Shown piece by piece: positions 42,847 through 52,294 of a stretch of DNA of 64,000 bases. The stretch lies in the NCBI GenBank assembly GCA_963810095.1, contig CAWEMM010000012.1, positions 512,001-576,000 of the forward strand. Direction: 5' to 3'. This DNA is from an uncultured Chloroflexia bacterium. GTDB taxonomy: Bacteria > Chloroflexota > Anaerolineae > CG2-30-64-16. The position numbers were made by a program, and so were the translations under genes. The notes below the pieces were generated by a model. That model ran no database searches. It was not told the DNA's origin and worked only from the letters and a program-made list of their open reading frames with translations. The stretch's first letter is position 1, and every line of letters begins with the position of its first letter.

Positions 42847-43356
42847 ATGAACCATTTCACCGAGATTTCGCCGGTCGACATCCACCACAATCCGTTCCAG
42901 CTCGTGGGCCGGGATTGGATGCTGATTACCGCGGGGACCATCGACTCCTTCAATACGATGACGGCCAGTTGGGGCACGCTCGGGCATCTCTGGGAGCGCG
43001 ACGTTGCAATCTGCTTTGTCCGGCCCCAGCGCCACACGTACGGCTTCATGGAGCGCGGCGGCGTCTACACGCTGAGTTTCTACGAGGAAGCCTGGCGCCC
43101 GGCGCTCGACTACTGCGGCAGCCATTCCGGGCGCGAGGTCGATAAGGCCCGCGAGACCGGACTGGTCCCGTTCGAGACGCCCGGCGGCGCGGTCGCGTTC
43201 GAGCAAGCGCGTCTCGTGTTGGAGTGCAGAAAGCTGTACGCGGGGGATATCCGGGAAGACAACTTCCTCGACCCCGCGTTGGTGGACGAGGTCTACGGCC
43301 GTCGCGACTTCCACCGGTTCTACGTGGGTCAAATCACCCGGGTGCTGACCAGGTAA
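42847..43356 (+). CDS. Flavin reductase family protein
   Basis: WMLITAG..FNTMTASWG, FVRPQRHT, CGSHSGREVDK, LECRKLY, HRFYVG. Confidence 0.9.
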   Translation: MNHFTEISPVDIHHNPFQLVGRDWMLITAGTIDSFNTMTASWGTLGHLWERDVAICFVRPQRHTYGFMERGGVYTLSFYEEAWRPALDYCGSHSGREVDKARETGLVPFETPGGAVAFEQARLVLECRKLYAGDIREDNFLDPALVDEVYGRRDFHRFYVGQITRVLTR

Positions 43357-43391
43357 ACAACGCGACTGCCCGGGGGAACTGACGCGGGGGG

Positions 43392-44285
43392 GTGCGGATG
43401 CACGTACGCGAGATCGAGGCGAAGACCTTGCTCTCTGCCTGCGCGAAGCCCGATCCATGGTTCGGGATCAAGTACACGATGAACCTGTATCGGGGCTGCG
43501 GGCATCACTGCATCTACTGCGACAGCCGCAGCGAGTGCTACCAGATCGCGGACTTCGACGGCGAGGTGCTGGTCAAAGCGAACGCGCTGGAGTTGCTGAA
43601 GAAGGAACTGCCGCGAAAGCGCGTGAAAGGCTACGTCAGCACTGGATCGATGAACGATCCGTACCAGCCGCTCGAACGGGTGCGCGGCTTGACGCGCGGC
43701 GCGCTCGAGATCGTCGCGGCCCATCGCTTTCCCGTCCATATTATCACCAAGGGCGACCTCGTCGTGCGCGATGTCGACCTGTTGTGTGCGATCCGCGACG
43801 CAACGGGGCCACGCGGCGCGGTCGTCAGTTTTACCATTACGACGCCCGACGACGACCTCTCGCGAAGACTGGAGCCGGGCGCGCCGGCGTCGTCGGCCCG
43901 GTTTGCCGCCTTGGCAGCACTTGCCGCGCGCGGCCTTTGGGCCGGCGTCACCCTGATGCCCGTGCTGCCCTTGATCGAGGATGACGAGGAGAGCGTGCGG
44001 CGGCTCGTGGAGCGTGCCGCAGGGTGTGGAGCGAAGTATGTGATTCCGGCCTGGGGGCTGACGTTGCGGAACCGACAGCGCACGTACTATTACCAGCAAC
44101 TGGACCGGCTGTTTCCAGGGCTACGGGAAAAGTATGAGCGTGCATACCGGGAGCGGTACTCGGCCGGCTCGCCGAACGCGCGCCGGCTCGAAAGAGTTTT
44201 CGACGGGCTGGCCTCGGGCCATCGTCTCGAACGATGCGTACCTCCGTACCAACCCCCTGAGGCGGAGCAACTCGCCCTGTTCTGA
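43392..44285 (+). CDS. Radical SAM protein (spore photoproduct lyase-like)
   Basis: MNLYRGCGHHCIYCD (CxxxCxxC), GSMNDPYQPLE, LEPGAP. Confidence 0.88.
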   Translation: MRMHVREIEAKTLLSACAKPDPWFGIKYTMNLYRGCGHHCIYCDSRSECYQIADFDGEVLVKANALELLKKELPRKRVKGYVSTGSMNDPYQPLERVRGLTRGALEIVAAHRFPVHIITKGDLVVRDVDLLCAIRDATGPRGAVVSFTITTPDDDLSRRLEPGAPASSARFAALAALAARGLWAGVTLMPVLPLIEDDEESVRRLVERAAGCGAKYVIPAWGLTLRNRQRTYYYQQLDRLFPGLREKYERAYRERYSAGSPNARRLERVFDGLASGHRLERCVPPYQPPEAEQLALF

Positions 44286-45296
44286 CCCGCCAGCGCGGGC
44301 CTGAAGTCCGGTCGGGTTCAGGTCGCCCGAGCGTGCCGATCGCGCTCGCCGGCTCCGCCGCGCCGACCGCTGGTATTCGTCGAAGGCCACGGCCCCCAGG
44401 AGAATCAGCCCGCGCACGACGAACTGTGCGTAGATGCCCCAGCCGGCAAGCTGCATCCCATTGCCCAAGATCGCCAGCACGAACACGCCGGCCACGAGCG
44501 CAGGCACGTTGCCCTCGCCGCCCATGAAGCTAACCCCGCCCAGGATCGCGGCCGTCAGTGCCGTGAACTCCGTCCCCGGCCCGAAGGACGAGTGCGTCGT
44601 GTTTGCCTTGGAGACCATCACCATCGTTGCCACGGCGGTGAGGAAACCGCAGACCGTGTACGTGGAAATCTTGAGGAACTTGGTGTTCATCCCCGCAAGT
44701 CGCGACGCTTCTTCGTTGCCGCCCAGTCCGACGATCCGCAGCCCATAGACCGTTTGGTAGTATACAAGGCTCGCAACGACAACCACCGCGAGTGCCAGGA
44801 TTACGTCCAGCGGGACGCCAAGCACCTGGCCCTTCGTGATCACGAGAAACTGCTCAGGGTAGTTGCGGTACGTCTTGGATTGGCTGAGCATGTACGAGAT
44901 GCCCTGGAAGATGACAGCAGTGCCAAGCGTCGCAATAAGTGGGAAGATCTTCAGCCGAGTCACGATCAGGCCATTGACCAAGCCCAGAATCGTGCCCAGA
45001 ATCAGCCCGAGCAGGACCGCAGCCCACGGCGGCACGCCGTATACCGTCATCGCCATCGCGGTGACCACGCCGACAAGCGACATTTGGTAGCCGACCGACA
45101 AGTCCACGCCGCCGCCGATCATGACGAACGACAGCGCAACCGCCACGATTACGAAGTAGGTATTCTGCGTGACGATGTTGGTGAGGTTCCGGACCGTCAG
45201 GAAGTAGGGGCTGGAGAACGAAAACAGGGCCACCAGCGCGAACAGCACGAGCATGATGGCGTATTTTTGGAGGCCGCTGATTCTCGAATTCGACAT
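44121..45296 (-). CDS. Sugar (CUT2/RbsC-type) ABC permease; true 3' end probably near 44320
   Basis: GGVDLSVG, PLIATLG, GGNEEASRLAG, EFTALTAAILGGVSFMGGEG. Confidence 0.88.
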   Translation of the reverse strand: MSNSRISGLQKYAIMLVLFALVALFSFSSPYFLTVRNLTNIVTQNTYFVIVAVALSFVMIGGGVDLSVGYQMSLVGVVTAMAMTVYGVPPWAAVLLGLILGTILGLVNGLIVTRLKIFPLIATLGTAVIFQGISYMLSQSKTYRNYPEQFLVITKGQVLGVPLDVILALAVVVVASLVYYQTVYGLRIVGLGGNEEASRLAGMNTKFLKISTYTVCGFLTAVATMVMVSKANTTHSSFGPGTEFTALTAAILGGVSFMGGEGNVPALVAGVFVLAILGNGMQLAGWGIYAQFVVRGLILLGAVAFDEYQRSARRSRRARSARSGDLNPTGLQARAGGSEQGELLRLRGLVRRYASFETMARGQPVENSFEPARVRRAGRVPLPVCTLILFP

Positions 45297-45309
45297 ATTT
45301 CGGCGCGCC

Positions 45310-46100
45310 TTATCCAAATGACCGGTACTGGACTTCGGGTGCAGGGGTCCCGTTCTGGTCCTTGCCCTTGACGATCATCGTCACGACGTCGTCAAGGGTT
45401 ACCTTGCTCACGTCCATCACGTCCTGACGCTGGCCGCCTTTGAGGACGAAGACCCGATCGGCGATAGCGAGAACATCCGGGATCCGCTGCGTGATGAGCA
45501 GGACCGACAAACCGCGGTTTCGCAGGTCACGGATGAGCCCAAGCAGCTTGTTGGCCTCAGTAACTCCTAGGGCTGCAGTGGGCTCATCCATGATGAGGAT
45601 CTTGGAATCAAAGGCAATCGCGCGGGCGCATGCCACCATCTGTCGCTGACCGCCCGACATTCGCGCTGACGCTCATCCTGGGCGACTTAATGTCCACGCG
45701 GCAGTTCTTTGATCAGTTCCTCGGCCCGCCTGTACAGAGTCCGCTTGTCCAGAAACATCCCCAGCGGCCCGCGTGTACACTCTCGACCGATGAAGATGTT
45801 CCGGGCGACGTCAAGGTTGTTGAAGAGGGCGAGATCCTGGTAGATCATCGCGATCCCCATCCGGGCCGCATCCTGTGGGTTACGGATGTGCGCGACTTGC
45901 CCATCGATCAGAATGCTCCCCTCGTCGGGCAGGTGCGCGCCGGAGAGAACCTTCATCAGGGTCGACTTGCCGGCGCCGTTGTCGCCGACAAGCCCCATGA
46001 TTTCCCCCCGGCGCAGCTCCAGGTTCACATCCGCCAGCGCGCGCACGCCGCCGAAGCTTTTGCAGATGCTGCGCATCTCAACGACGTAGTCTGATTGCAT
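45310..46100 (-). CDS. Sugar ABC ATP-binding protein (single domain), frameshift near 45690
   Basis: [24 protein letters not shown]; [17 protein letters not shown]. Confidence 0.9.
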
Positions 46101-46148
46101 TGTGCCATCCAAGTGCGGCGCTCGATCCAAGTAGCTGTGGGCGCCCGC

Positions 46149-47369
46149 TCAGGGCGTTCCGCTGACGACGCCAGAGTTGGCGACCGGCTTCACATCCAGT
46201 TTGCCGTCTACCGCAGTCGCCAGAGCAAGCGGGTCCCAAGTGACCTCCGAAAAGGGCTCGCCGCTCAGGATCTTTTTGGCAATCGCAACGGTGGAGCCCG
46301 GCAGATCGCCGCCGCCGAAGGCCACCGCGCCCCTAAACGCGCCCTTGCCCTGGGCCGCCTCCATAATCGCGTCGCCTTCTGGCCCGAACATCCCGACGCC
46401 GAAGACTGCAACCTTGCTCAGGTCCTTGATTGCGCTGGCAGAACCCTTGGCAACCTCGTCCACGATCGCCTTCGAGGCGCCATTTCCGCCGTCAGACGCG
46501 TAGGCGACCACAAGTTTGACGTTCGGGTTGGTCGTGAGGACATTCTGCATCGCTGTCTGGCCCGCCTGAAACATCTCAGCGCTGGGGGTCTGCACGATCT
46601 TGACTGCCGGGCTATACACCGGGTTGGCGACCCGGTCTGCGTCGCCTTTGCCAGCGAGATAGTTCCCCTTCGCATCGGAGATCGCGACGCCCATTTTGTC
46701 GATCAGTTCGCCGGCCGAGTTTTTCAAGTAAGGTTCGCTGATCATCAACAGGCCGTTGGAGCGTTCGACCGCCTCGGGATTGAGCGACGAGAGAAAGACG
46801 ACGGTCTCGATCGAGCCGGGCGCGGCATCGGGATAGGTTTGCTCGACCCATCGCTTCGCCATCAGCGCAGCATACTCGCCTGCCAGGAACTGGTCCATCT
46901 TCATGACGGCGTCGCGGCCCGACTGCCCCGGCTCACCTCCGGCAACCATCACTTTGACCCCCGCCTTGCGAGCGGCCTCAAGCTTCGGCAGCAGGCTGCT
47001 GGCTTCAGCCGCCATGGCGAAGAGCAACTTGGGTTTCATGGCCGTGAAGTTCTCGACCTGGGTCGCCTGAGTGTTCGGGTTACCGTCCGCACTAGCTGTC
47101 TGGACGTCGTACTCGTTGCCGAACTCCTTGACGAACGCGTCGCGGAGCGCCAGCATCAGAGGGTTATCCATGGCAGGCAGCGCCACCGCAAGGAGCGGCT
47201 TACCCGTGTTCTCGGGCGGCACAGTTGCCGCCGGCGCCTCTTTCGCGGGTGCGGTTGTCGCCGCTGGTTGGGCCGGCGCGGGTGCTGCGGGCGGAGCCCC
47301 TGTGCACCCGGCAAGTAGGATCAGAATGCCGAGCAGCGCGAGGGTGAGCGTGAGGGACAGACGGTTCAT
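46149..47369 (-). CDS. Sugar-type ABC substrate-binding lipoprotein
   Basis: Lipobox LAGC, Pro/Ala linker, Peripla_BP pattern (PAMDNP, TQATQVENF, QTAMQNVLTTNPNV). Confidence 0.85.
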   Translation of the reverse strand: MNRLSLTLTLALLGILILLAGCTGAPPAAPAPAQPAATTAPAKEAPAATVPPENTGKPLLAVALPAMDNPLMLALRDAFVKEFGNEYDVQTASADGNPNTQATQVENFTAMKPKLLFAMAAEASSLLPKLEAARKAGVKVMVAGGEPGQSGRDAVMKMDQFLAGEYAALMAKRWVEQTYPDAAPGSIETVVFLSSLNPEAVERSNGLLMISEPYLKNSAGELIDKMGVAISDAKGNYLAGKGDADRVANPVYSPAVKIVQTPSAEMFQAGQTAMQNVLTTNPNVKLVVAYASDGGNGASKAIVDEVAKGSASAIKDLSKVAVFGVGMFGPEGDAIMEAAQGKGAFRGAVAFGGGDLPGSTVAIAKKILSGEPFSEVTWDPLALATAVDGKLDVKPVANSGVVSGTP

Positions 47370-47457
47370 CGTTCTTCTCCTTCCGATTGGTAGCCATCAT
47401 CGGCATAACCGGCATCATACCAGGGAGAATGTTCGAGCTGGCAGAACTGCCGCACTT

Positions 47458-47528
47458 GTCTTGTTGGACGAAATCTTGTCTTATGATATGATACGACGCA
47501 TCATAGCACGGGTCACCGCGCTTGTCAA
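47458..47528 (-). promoter_or_regulatory. Promoter with tandem 17-bp operator boxes
   Basis: TTGACA (47528-47523), 17 nt, TGc-TATGAT (47505-47500); boxes GTATCATATCATAAGAC (47494-47478) and ATTTCGTCCAACAAGAC (47474-47458). Confidence 0.8.
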
Positions 47529-47625
47529 TAGTTTCACGAAGGCTCGTGGCGCCGGCGAAGCATCGGAGGGCAAGGGCGCGAAACAAACAGGCGTAAACTA
47601 GGTCGTAGATCAAACGTGTAGTACG

Positions 47626-47642
47626 ATATCACATAGTGAAAC
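47626..47642. promoter_or_regulatory. 17-bp operator box upstream of iclR (probable autoregulation)
   Basis: ATATCAC-ATA-GTGAAAC. Confidence 0.65.
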
Positions 47643-47694
47643 GATTTCCGGCCGGACAGCCTTCGGGCCCAGCAGTTGAGCAAGGAATGCCAGC

Positions 47695-48468
47695 GTGAAC
47701 AGAGATCCGAACGAATACAACGTGCGTGCGATCGAGCGCGCCCTCCAGATCCTGGAGTGCTTTGACGACGAGCATCCTGCGCGGGGCGTTTCGGAAATTG
47801 CCGAAGCGGTTGGCCTCCACAAGGCAACCACCCACCGCCTGATCACGACGCTGGCCAATCACGGCTATCTCGAGCGCCTCCCCGGCGAGCAGCATTACCG
47901 CCTCGGCATGCAATTGGCGACGCTGGGCTTGTCGATCCTGCGCGGCATGGATCTGCGCCGGGAGGCCGTGCCCTACATCGCGAACGTCGTGGCGCGCTGC
48001 GAGGAGACGTGCGACATGAGCGTGCTCGACCGGGGCGAGGCGTTGATCGTCGAGGTGATCCGCAGCCGGCACGTTCTCGCCATGGCGACGAGCGTCGGGC
48101 AGCGGCTCCCCCTGCACGCGACCGCCGGCGGCAAGGTGTTCCTCGCGTTTGCCCCCGAAGAGGAACGGGAGGCGCTGCTGGGGCGGCCGCTCAAGCGCTA
48201 CACGCCGAAGACGATCACGGACCCCGAGGTACTGCGCGAGGAAGCGGCGCGCTTCCTCGCGCAAGGGTATGCGTTTGACGACGAGGAATTCGAGGTGGGC
48301 GTGCGTGCGATCGCCGCACCCGTGCGGAATGCGCTCGACCAGGTCACGGCTGCGGTGAGTATGCCCGGACCGGTCACGCGCATCACGCCGGATCGCATCG
48401 CGGAAATCGGGCAGGCGATGATGGAGACGGCCAATGCGATCTCGCAGCGCCTGGGCTGGCGTGCCTAA
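47695..48468 (+). CDS. IclR-family transcriptional regulator
   Basis: VRAIERALQILE, GLHKATTHRL, GQRLPLHATAGGK, GYAFDDEEFEVGVRAIAAPV. Confidence 0.95.
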   Translation: MNRDPNEYNVRAIERALQILECFDDEHPARGVSEIAEAVGLHKATTHRLITTLANHGYLERLPGEQHYRLGMQLATLGLSILRGMDLRREAVPYIANVVARCEETCDMSVLDRGEALIVEVIRSRHVLAMATSVGQRLPLHATAGGKVFLAFAPEEEREALLGRPLKRYTPKTITDPEVLREEAARFLAQGYAFDDEEFEVGVRAIAAPVRNALDQVTAAVSMPGPVTRITPDRIAEIGQAMMETANAISQRLGWRA

Positions 48469-48491
48469 CCGTCTATCCTGCCAAGCAACAC

Positions 48492-48526
48492 AGACGCCCG
48501 ACAGCACTTGCCGGGCGTCTACTTTT
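48492..48526. terminator. Intrinsic terminator between iclR and the convergent operon
   Basis: AGACGCCCG ... CGGGCGTCT followed by ACTTTTT. Confidence 0.7.
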
Positions 48527-48903
48527 TATCCAGCCGCGGCGGTCGGGATGTTGTGCTCTGACTGCATGACGCCTTCACGGAACTCCTGCACGTCCACCGA
48601 AAGCGAGAGGTAGCCCGTCGCGTACCGTTCGCCCAGCGTCTCTTTGAGCGCGCCGAAGACCCGGGCGGCGATCTCCTGCTGCACTTCGTGCGGCCGGCCC
48701 GCCTTGATCCACAGGGTGACATGGGCGAAAGCGTAGTCCGGGTTGCCGTCGCCCACGCGATACTCCGTCAGGCGAACCGCCCGGCTCTTGATAGCATTCT
48801 GCTTGATTGCGCCGGTTGCGGCCAGCTCCGCGTGCAGCCGGCCCAGCAGGGCCTGCACGTCGAAGACCAGGTTATCGGTATATTCCAGGGTCAGTTGTGG
48901 CAT
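48526..48903 (-). CDS. 5-carboxymethyl-2-hydroxymuconate isomerase (CHMI, tautomerase superfamily)
   Basis: MPQLTLEYTDNL (catalytic Pro-1), IKSRA, FAHVTLWIKAGR. Confidence 0.88.
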   Translation of the reverse strand: MPQLTLEYTDNLVFDVQALLGRLHAELAATGAIKQNAIKSRAVRLTEYRVGDGNPDYAFAHVTLWIKAGRPHEVQQEIAARVFGALKETLGERYATGYLSLSVDVQEFREGVMQSEHNIPTAAAG

Positions 48904-48941
48904 GATGCACCTCTTCGAGGTGAATGACCTCGTCTGGCCGC

Positions 48942-49898
48942 CTATTCTACCCGCGGGGTCCCGTGCTCGTGAAACGACGCGATCGTCTGCAAGCCCCAGG
49001 CCTGGCCCTTCTTGCGCTCGGCCTCGCTCCAGACCACTGCCGGCCAATCGGGCGCAAGGATCAGGCGGGCGCCTGCGTTCGCAACCTCGAAGCGATTCCC
49101 GCCCGGCTCATACAGGTATAGAAAGAAGGTCTGCTGGATGGCGTGCTTGTGCGGCCCGGTCTCGATGTGGACGCCGTGCTCCAGGCAGATGTCCGCCGCT
49201 CGCAGCACCTCTTCGCGGCTGTCCACCGCATACGTCACATGATGAAGCCTGCCGTGCGCGCCGTAACGGTCTTCGGCAATGGCCACGTCATACGACTTGT
49301 TGCATACCGTCAGCCACGCGCCCTTCTCAGATCCGTCGTCGAAGATGATCTGCTCGGTCAGCCGGCAGCCGAGCGCGTCCTGCATGAAGGCACGATTCGC
49401 GGCGACGTCTGCCGCCAGCAAGTTGATGTGGTCGATCCGGCGGACGTTCGCCCCCCGCCCCGGGAAACGCGAGGCCTGGTTCTTCAGCGCGGGGCGCAGC
49501 TCGGCCGGCGCCTGGTACCACTCGGTCTCGTAGTAGATCTGGAGGTGGTGGCCGTCGGGGTCACGGAACTCGTAGGCCGGACCGTGCCCCAGTTCGCCGT
49601 CGGTCCAGCCGGCGCCGAGGCCCGTGCGCTCGACCGCCGCGACGCGGCGCTCGAGGGCAGCCTGGCTCGTCGCGCGGAACGCGTAGTGCCCCAGCCCGGG
49701 CTGTTTGGCGGCGGTGAGCTTAAGCGTGTGATGCTCGTAATCGTCCCACCCGCGCAGGTAGACCGAATCGCCCTGGCGGCCGCTCTCGACCATGCCCATA
49801 ATGTCTTTGAAGAAATGCAGGCTCTCGTCGGGCAGGGGCGTCAGCATCTCGACGTGCGCCAGGTGTGCGAGATCATATATGGGTTCAGCACCGGCCAT
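48942..49898 (-). CDS. VOC-fold extradiol ring-cleavage dioxygenase (catechol 2,3-dioxygenase-like)
   Basis: HLAHVEM, VYLRGWDD, RRIDHINL, GRLHHV, GPHKHAI..FFLYLYEPGGNRFE. Confidence 0.92.
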   Translation of the reverse strand: MAGAEPIYDLAHLAHVEMLTPLPDESLHFFKDIMGMVESGRQGDSVYLRGWDDYEHHTLKLTAAKQPGLGHYAFRATSQAALERRVAAVERTGLGAGWTDGELGHGPAYEFRDPDGHHLQIYYETEWYQAPAELRPALKNQASRFPGRGANVRRIDHINLLAADVAANRAFMQDALGCRLTEQIIFDDGSEKGAWLTVCNKSYDVAIAEDRYGAHGRLHHVTYAVDSREEVLRAADICLEHGVHIETGPHKHAIQQTFFLYLYEPGGNRFEVANAGARLILAPDWPAVVWSEAERKKGQAWGLQTIASFHEHGTPRVE

Positions 49899-49899
49899 C

Positions 49900-50541
49900 T
49901 TATCCTCCCCGGTTGCTCTCGACCACTGCCCGCAGACCGTGAACGTCGTAGGTCTGCGCACCGTCGAGCAAGCGTCCCCGCAGCGCATCTTCGCGCGCAC
50001 TGCGGGCGGCAGCGGCTTCGAGCACTTCCGTCGTGCGGGCGGCGGGAACACACACCGCCCCGTCCGCATCCAAAACGAGCAGGTCGCCTGGCGAAATGCG
50101 CATCCCGCCCACGGTCACCGGCACGTCCAGCCCGCCCACGATGTCCTTCGTTGCACCTTTGACCCGCACGTAGCGCGCCCAAATGGGCAGGCCGACGCGC
50201 GCCAGTTCGTCGTAGTCGCGAATGGCTGCGTCGACCAGCACGCCGGCCGCATGCCGCACGCGCACCTGGATCGCGAGCAGCTCGCCCATGAGCGCCACGG
50301 GCCGCGGCTCAGGCATGGTCAGCACCACGATGTCGCCGGGCTCGATCCGCTCGATTGCCGCGTGGACCATCAGGTTGTCGTCCTGGCCGCACGCGACCGT
50401 CCGTGCCGGCCCGGCAACCGAGCTCTGCGGCACGACCTGGATCAGAGGGACGTCGATGAGCCCTTCCCGGCCGCCGGCTTCATACACCGTCGCGACGCCG
50501 AGCGCCGCGAACCGGCTGCACATCTCTTTATCTACAGGCAT
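49900..50541 (-). CDS. galC: 4-carboxy-4-hydroxy-2-oxoadipate / HMG aldolase (RraA family)
   Basis: LGVATVYEA, AGPARTV..GQDDNLMVH, MGELLA, DAAIRD, PGDLLVLDADG. Confidence 0.85.
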   Translation of the reverse strand: MPVDKEMCSRFAALGVATVYEAGGREGLIDVPLIQVVPQSSVAGPARTVACGQDDNLMVHAAIERIEPGDIVVLTMPEPRPVALMGELLAIQVRVRHAAGVLVDAAIRDYDELARVGLPIWARYVRVKGATKDIVGGLDVPVTVGGMRISPGDLLVLDADGAVCVPAARTTEVLEAAAARSAREDALRGRLLDGAQTYDVHGLRAVVESNRGG

Positions 50542-51248
50542 GTCACCACCCAAGGCAGCGTCCGCTGCAGCGCTTCGGCGTAGCGAACCTCCTCGCGGCC
50601 GGCAATGCGTCGGGCATGGTTGCCGCGGCGTGCGGCCAGGTCCGTATAGTAGCTCTGCAAGTATGCCTGCGCCTTCATCGCGGCCATCGCCTCGACCTTG
50701 CGACTGAAGACAGGCGTGATGTCGAGAAACGTATTGGGCGTGAAGCCACACAGCTCGGGTTGGTGCGGCTCAAAATAGTAGAGGTCCGGGGGTGTAATCC
50801 GGTCGAAGGCGCTGGCCACGCCCGCGCCCGCAGCCAACAGCCGCGCTTTCTGCACCGCCTCACACGCGACGGGATGGTCGGGATTGAACGGGTCGACGGG
50901 GGTGTGCGTGAGCACGATCGTTGGCCGCCACTGCCGGAACAGCGCCACCAGCGCGTCGAGTGCCCCCCCATCCACGACGAGGGGGTAGTCGCCCAGGTCC
51001 AGGCAGCGGAACGACGCACCGACCGCGGCCGCGGCCGCCTCCGCTTCCGCGTGGCGGATCTGCTTGACGTTTTCGACCGTCTGGCCGGGCCGCTTCCACA
51101 GCTCGCCCGATTCGCCCCGCTCGCCGTACGAAAGCGCGACGACCTCGGCCAGCCCGCCTTGCGCCACGGTCACGGCTATTGCGCCCGCGGCCCGCCAGAC
51201 AAAATCCGCGGCGTGCGCGCCGATGACCAGCAAACGTTGTTCCGCCAA
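50532..51248 (-). CDS. galB: 4-oxalomesaconate hydratase (PIG-L family)
   Basis: GAHAADFVWR, LSYGERGES.LW, DPFNPDHP, FEPHQPE..GF.P, K.EAM..M.AQ.YL. Confidence 0.9.
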   Translation of the reverse strand: MAEQRLLVIGAHAADFVWRAAGAIAVTVAQGGLAEVVALSYGERGESGELWKRPGQTVENVKQIRHAEAEAAAAAVGASFRCLDLGDYPLVVDGGALDALVALFRQWRPTIVLTHTPVDPFNPDHPVACEAVQKARLLAAGAGVASAFDRITPPDLYYFEPHQPELCGFTPNTFLDITPVFSRKVEAMAAMKAQAYLQSYYTDLAARRGNHARRIAGREEVRYAEALQRTLPWVVTCL

Positions 51249-51269
51249 GGCGTCCTCCTCGCAGGGCGA

Positions 51270-51320
51270 AAAAACCAGGTTTCTGCGCCAGCTTCGCTAG
51301 CGTGGAGAAACCTGGTTTCT
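51270..51320. repeat. AGAAACC(A/T)GGTTTCT REP-like doublet
   Basis: AAAAACCAGGTTTCT (51270-51284) and AGAAACCTGGTTTCT (51306-51320), each self-palindromic. Confidence 0.7.
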
Positions 51321-51323
51321 GGA

Positions 51324-52245
51324 CTATTGTGCGACCGTCTTCCGGCAGCCATCCAGGAAGTCCAGCACCCGGGCGACATTCTCGGGCGTCTCGAAGGCCG
51401 GGTCCGCGTGGCCCGCGCCTTCGAGCAGTTCCAGGGTGACCGGGACGCCCGGCGGCTTCGAGTTTGGCGGCCAGGTTGACGGACTGCTGAACCGGGACGA
51501 TGGCATCCTGCGTGCCGTGCTGGAGGAGGAAGGGCGGCAGTCCGGCCCGCACATAGCTCTCGGGGTTCGCCCGCGCCACCAGCTCGGGGGCCTCGGTGAT
51601 GGTGTGGCCCAGCAGCAGCGATTCGGGCGAGTGCGGCTCGTCGTGTCGCAGGCCGGGCGGCGGCAGCAGGCCGCTTTCGGCAAGCTGCGCGTCCATCTTG
51701 AGGAAATCGGTCGGGCCGAACCAGGCCACTACCGCCTGCACGGCTGAGCTTTCCCCGCCGTGGCCCAGGTTCGCGTCCTCCAGCTCGGCCACTCCGCCGG
51801 AAACGCCGGCCATGGTCGCCTGCCACCCGCCCGCCGAGCCGCCCCACGCGGCGATCCAACGCGGGTCCAGACCGTACTCGGCCGCGTGCCCGCGGAGCCA
51901 GCGGATCGCGGCTTTCAGATCCTGGATCAGCGCGGGGAATTTTGCCTCGCCGCTCAGCCGGTAGTTGACCGCGGCCACGGCATACCCCCGCTTCAGGCCC
52001 TCGAGCATGGGCAACACCTGCACGTCGCCCTTGTCGCAGCCCATGAAGGCGCCGCCGTGGATCGACAGGACTACGGGGAATGGACCCGGCCCCTGGTCGG
52101 GCAGGTACAGGTCCAACCGCTGTGCGGTTGACAGGGGCGCGTACTGCAGGTCGATGAACTTCCGCTTGATGTAGCGGGTATCGGCGGGGGGCGGTGGCTC
52201 TGGCACCGCGTAATGTTCGCCTCGGTCCTGGCTGTTTGGGATCAT
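51324..52245 (-). CDS. Alpha/beta-hydrolase, HSL/family-IV esterase, frameshift near 51455
   Basis: LDLYLP, IHGGAF, VNYRLS, WGGSAGG, LLQHGTQDAIVP, EGAGH. Confidence 0.9.
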
Positions 52246-52294
52246 ATGGCTGCCTGTCTGCTGTCACGGGCGCTGTGGACGCAATATCAGGATC

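Noticed and set aside
44121-44285. 165-bp convergent overlap between the ABC permease and the radical SAM gene
   Set aside because: The permease tail beyond ~44320 is low-complexity and probably results from an indel removing the true stop.
48942-49898. Classical catechol or homoprotocatechuate meta-cleavage pathway
   Set aside because: No semialdehyde dehydrogenase/hydrolase, decarboxylase or 2-oxopentenoate hydratase is present; the neighbours are oxalomesaconate-pathway genes.
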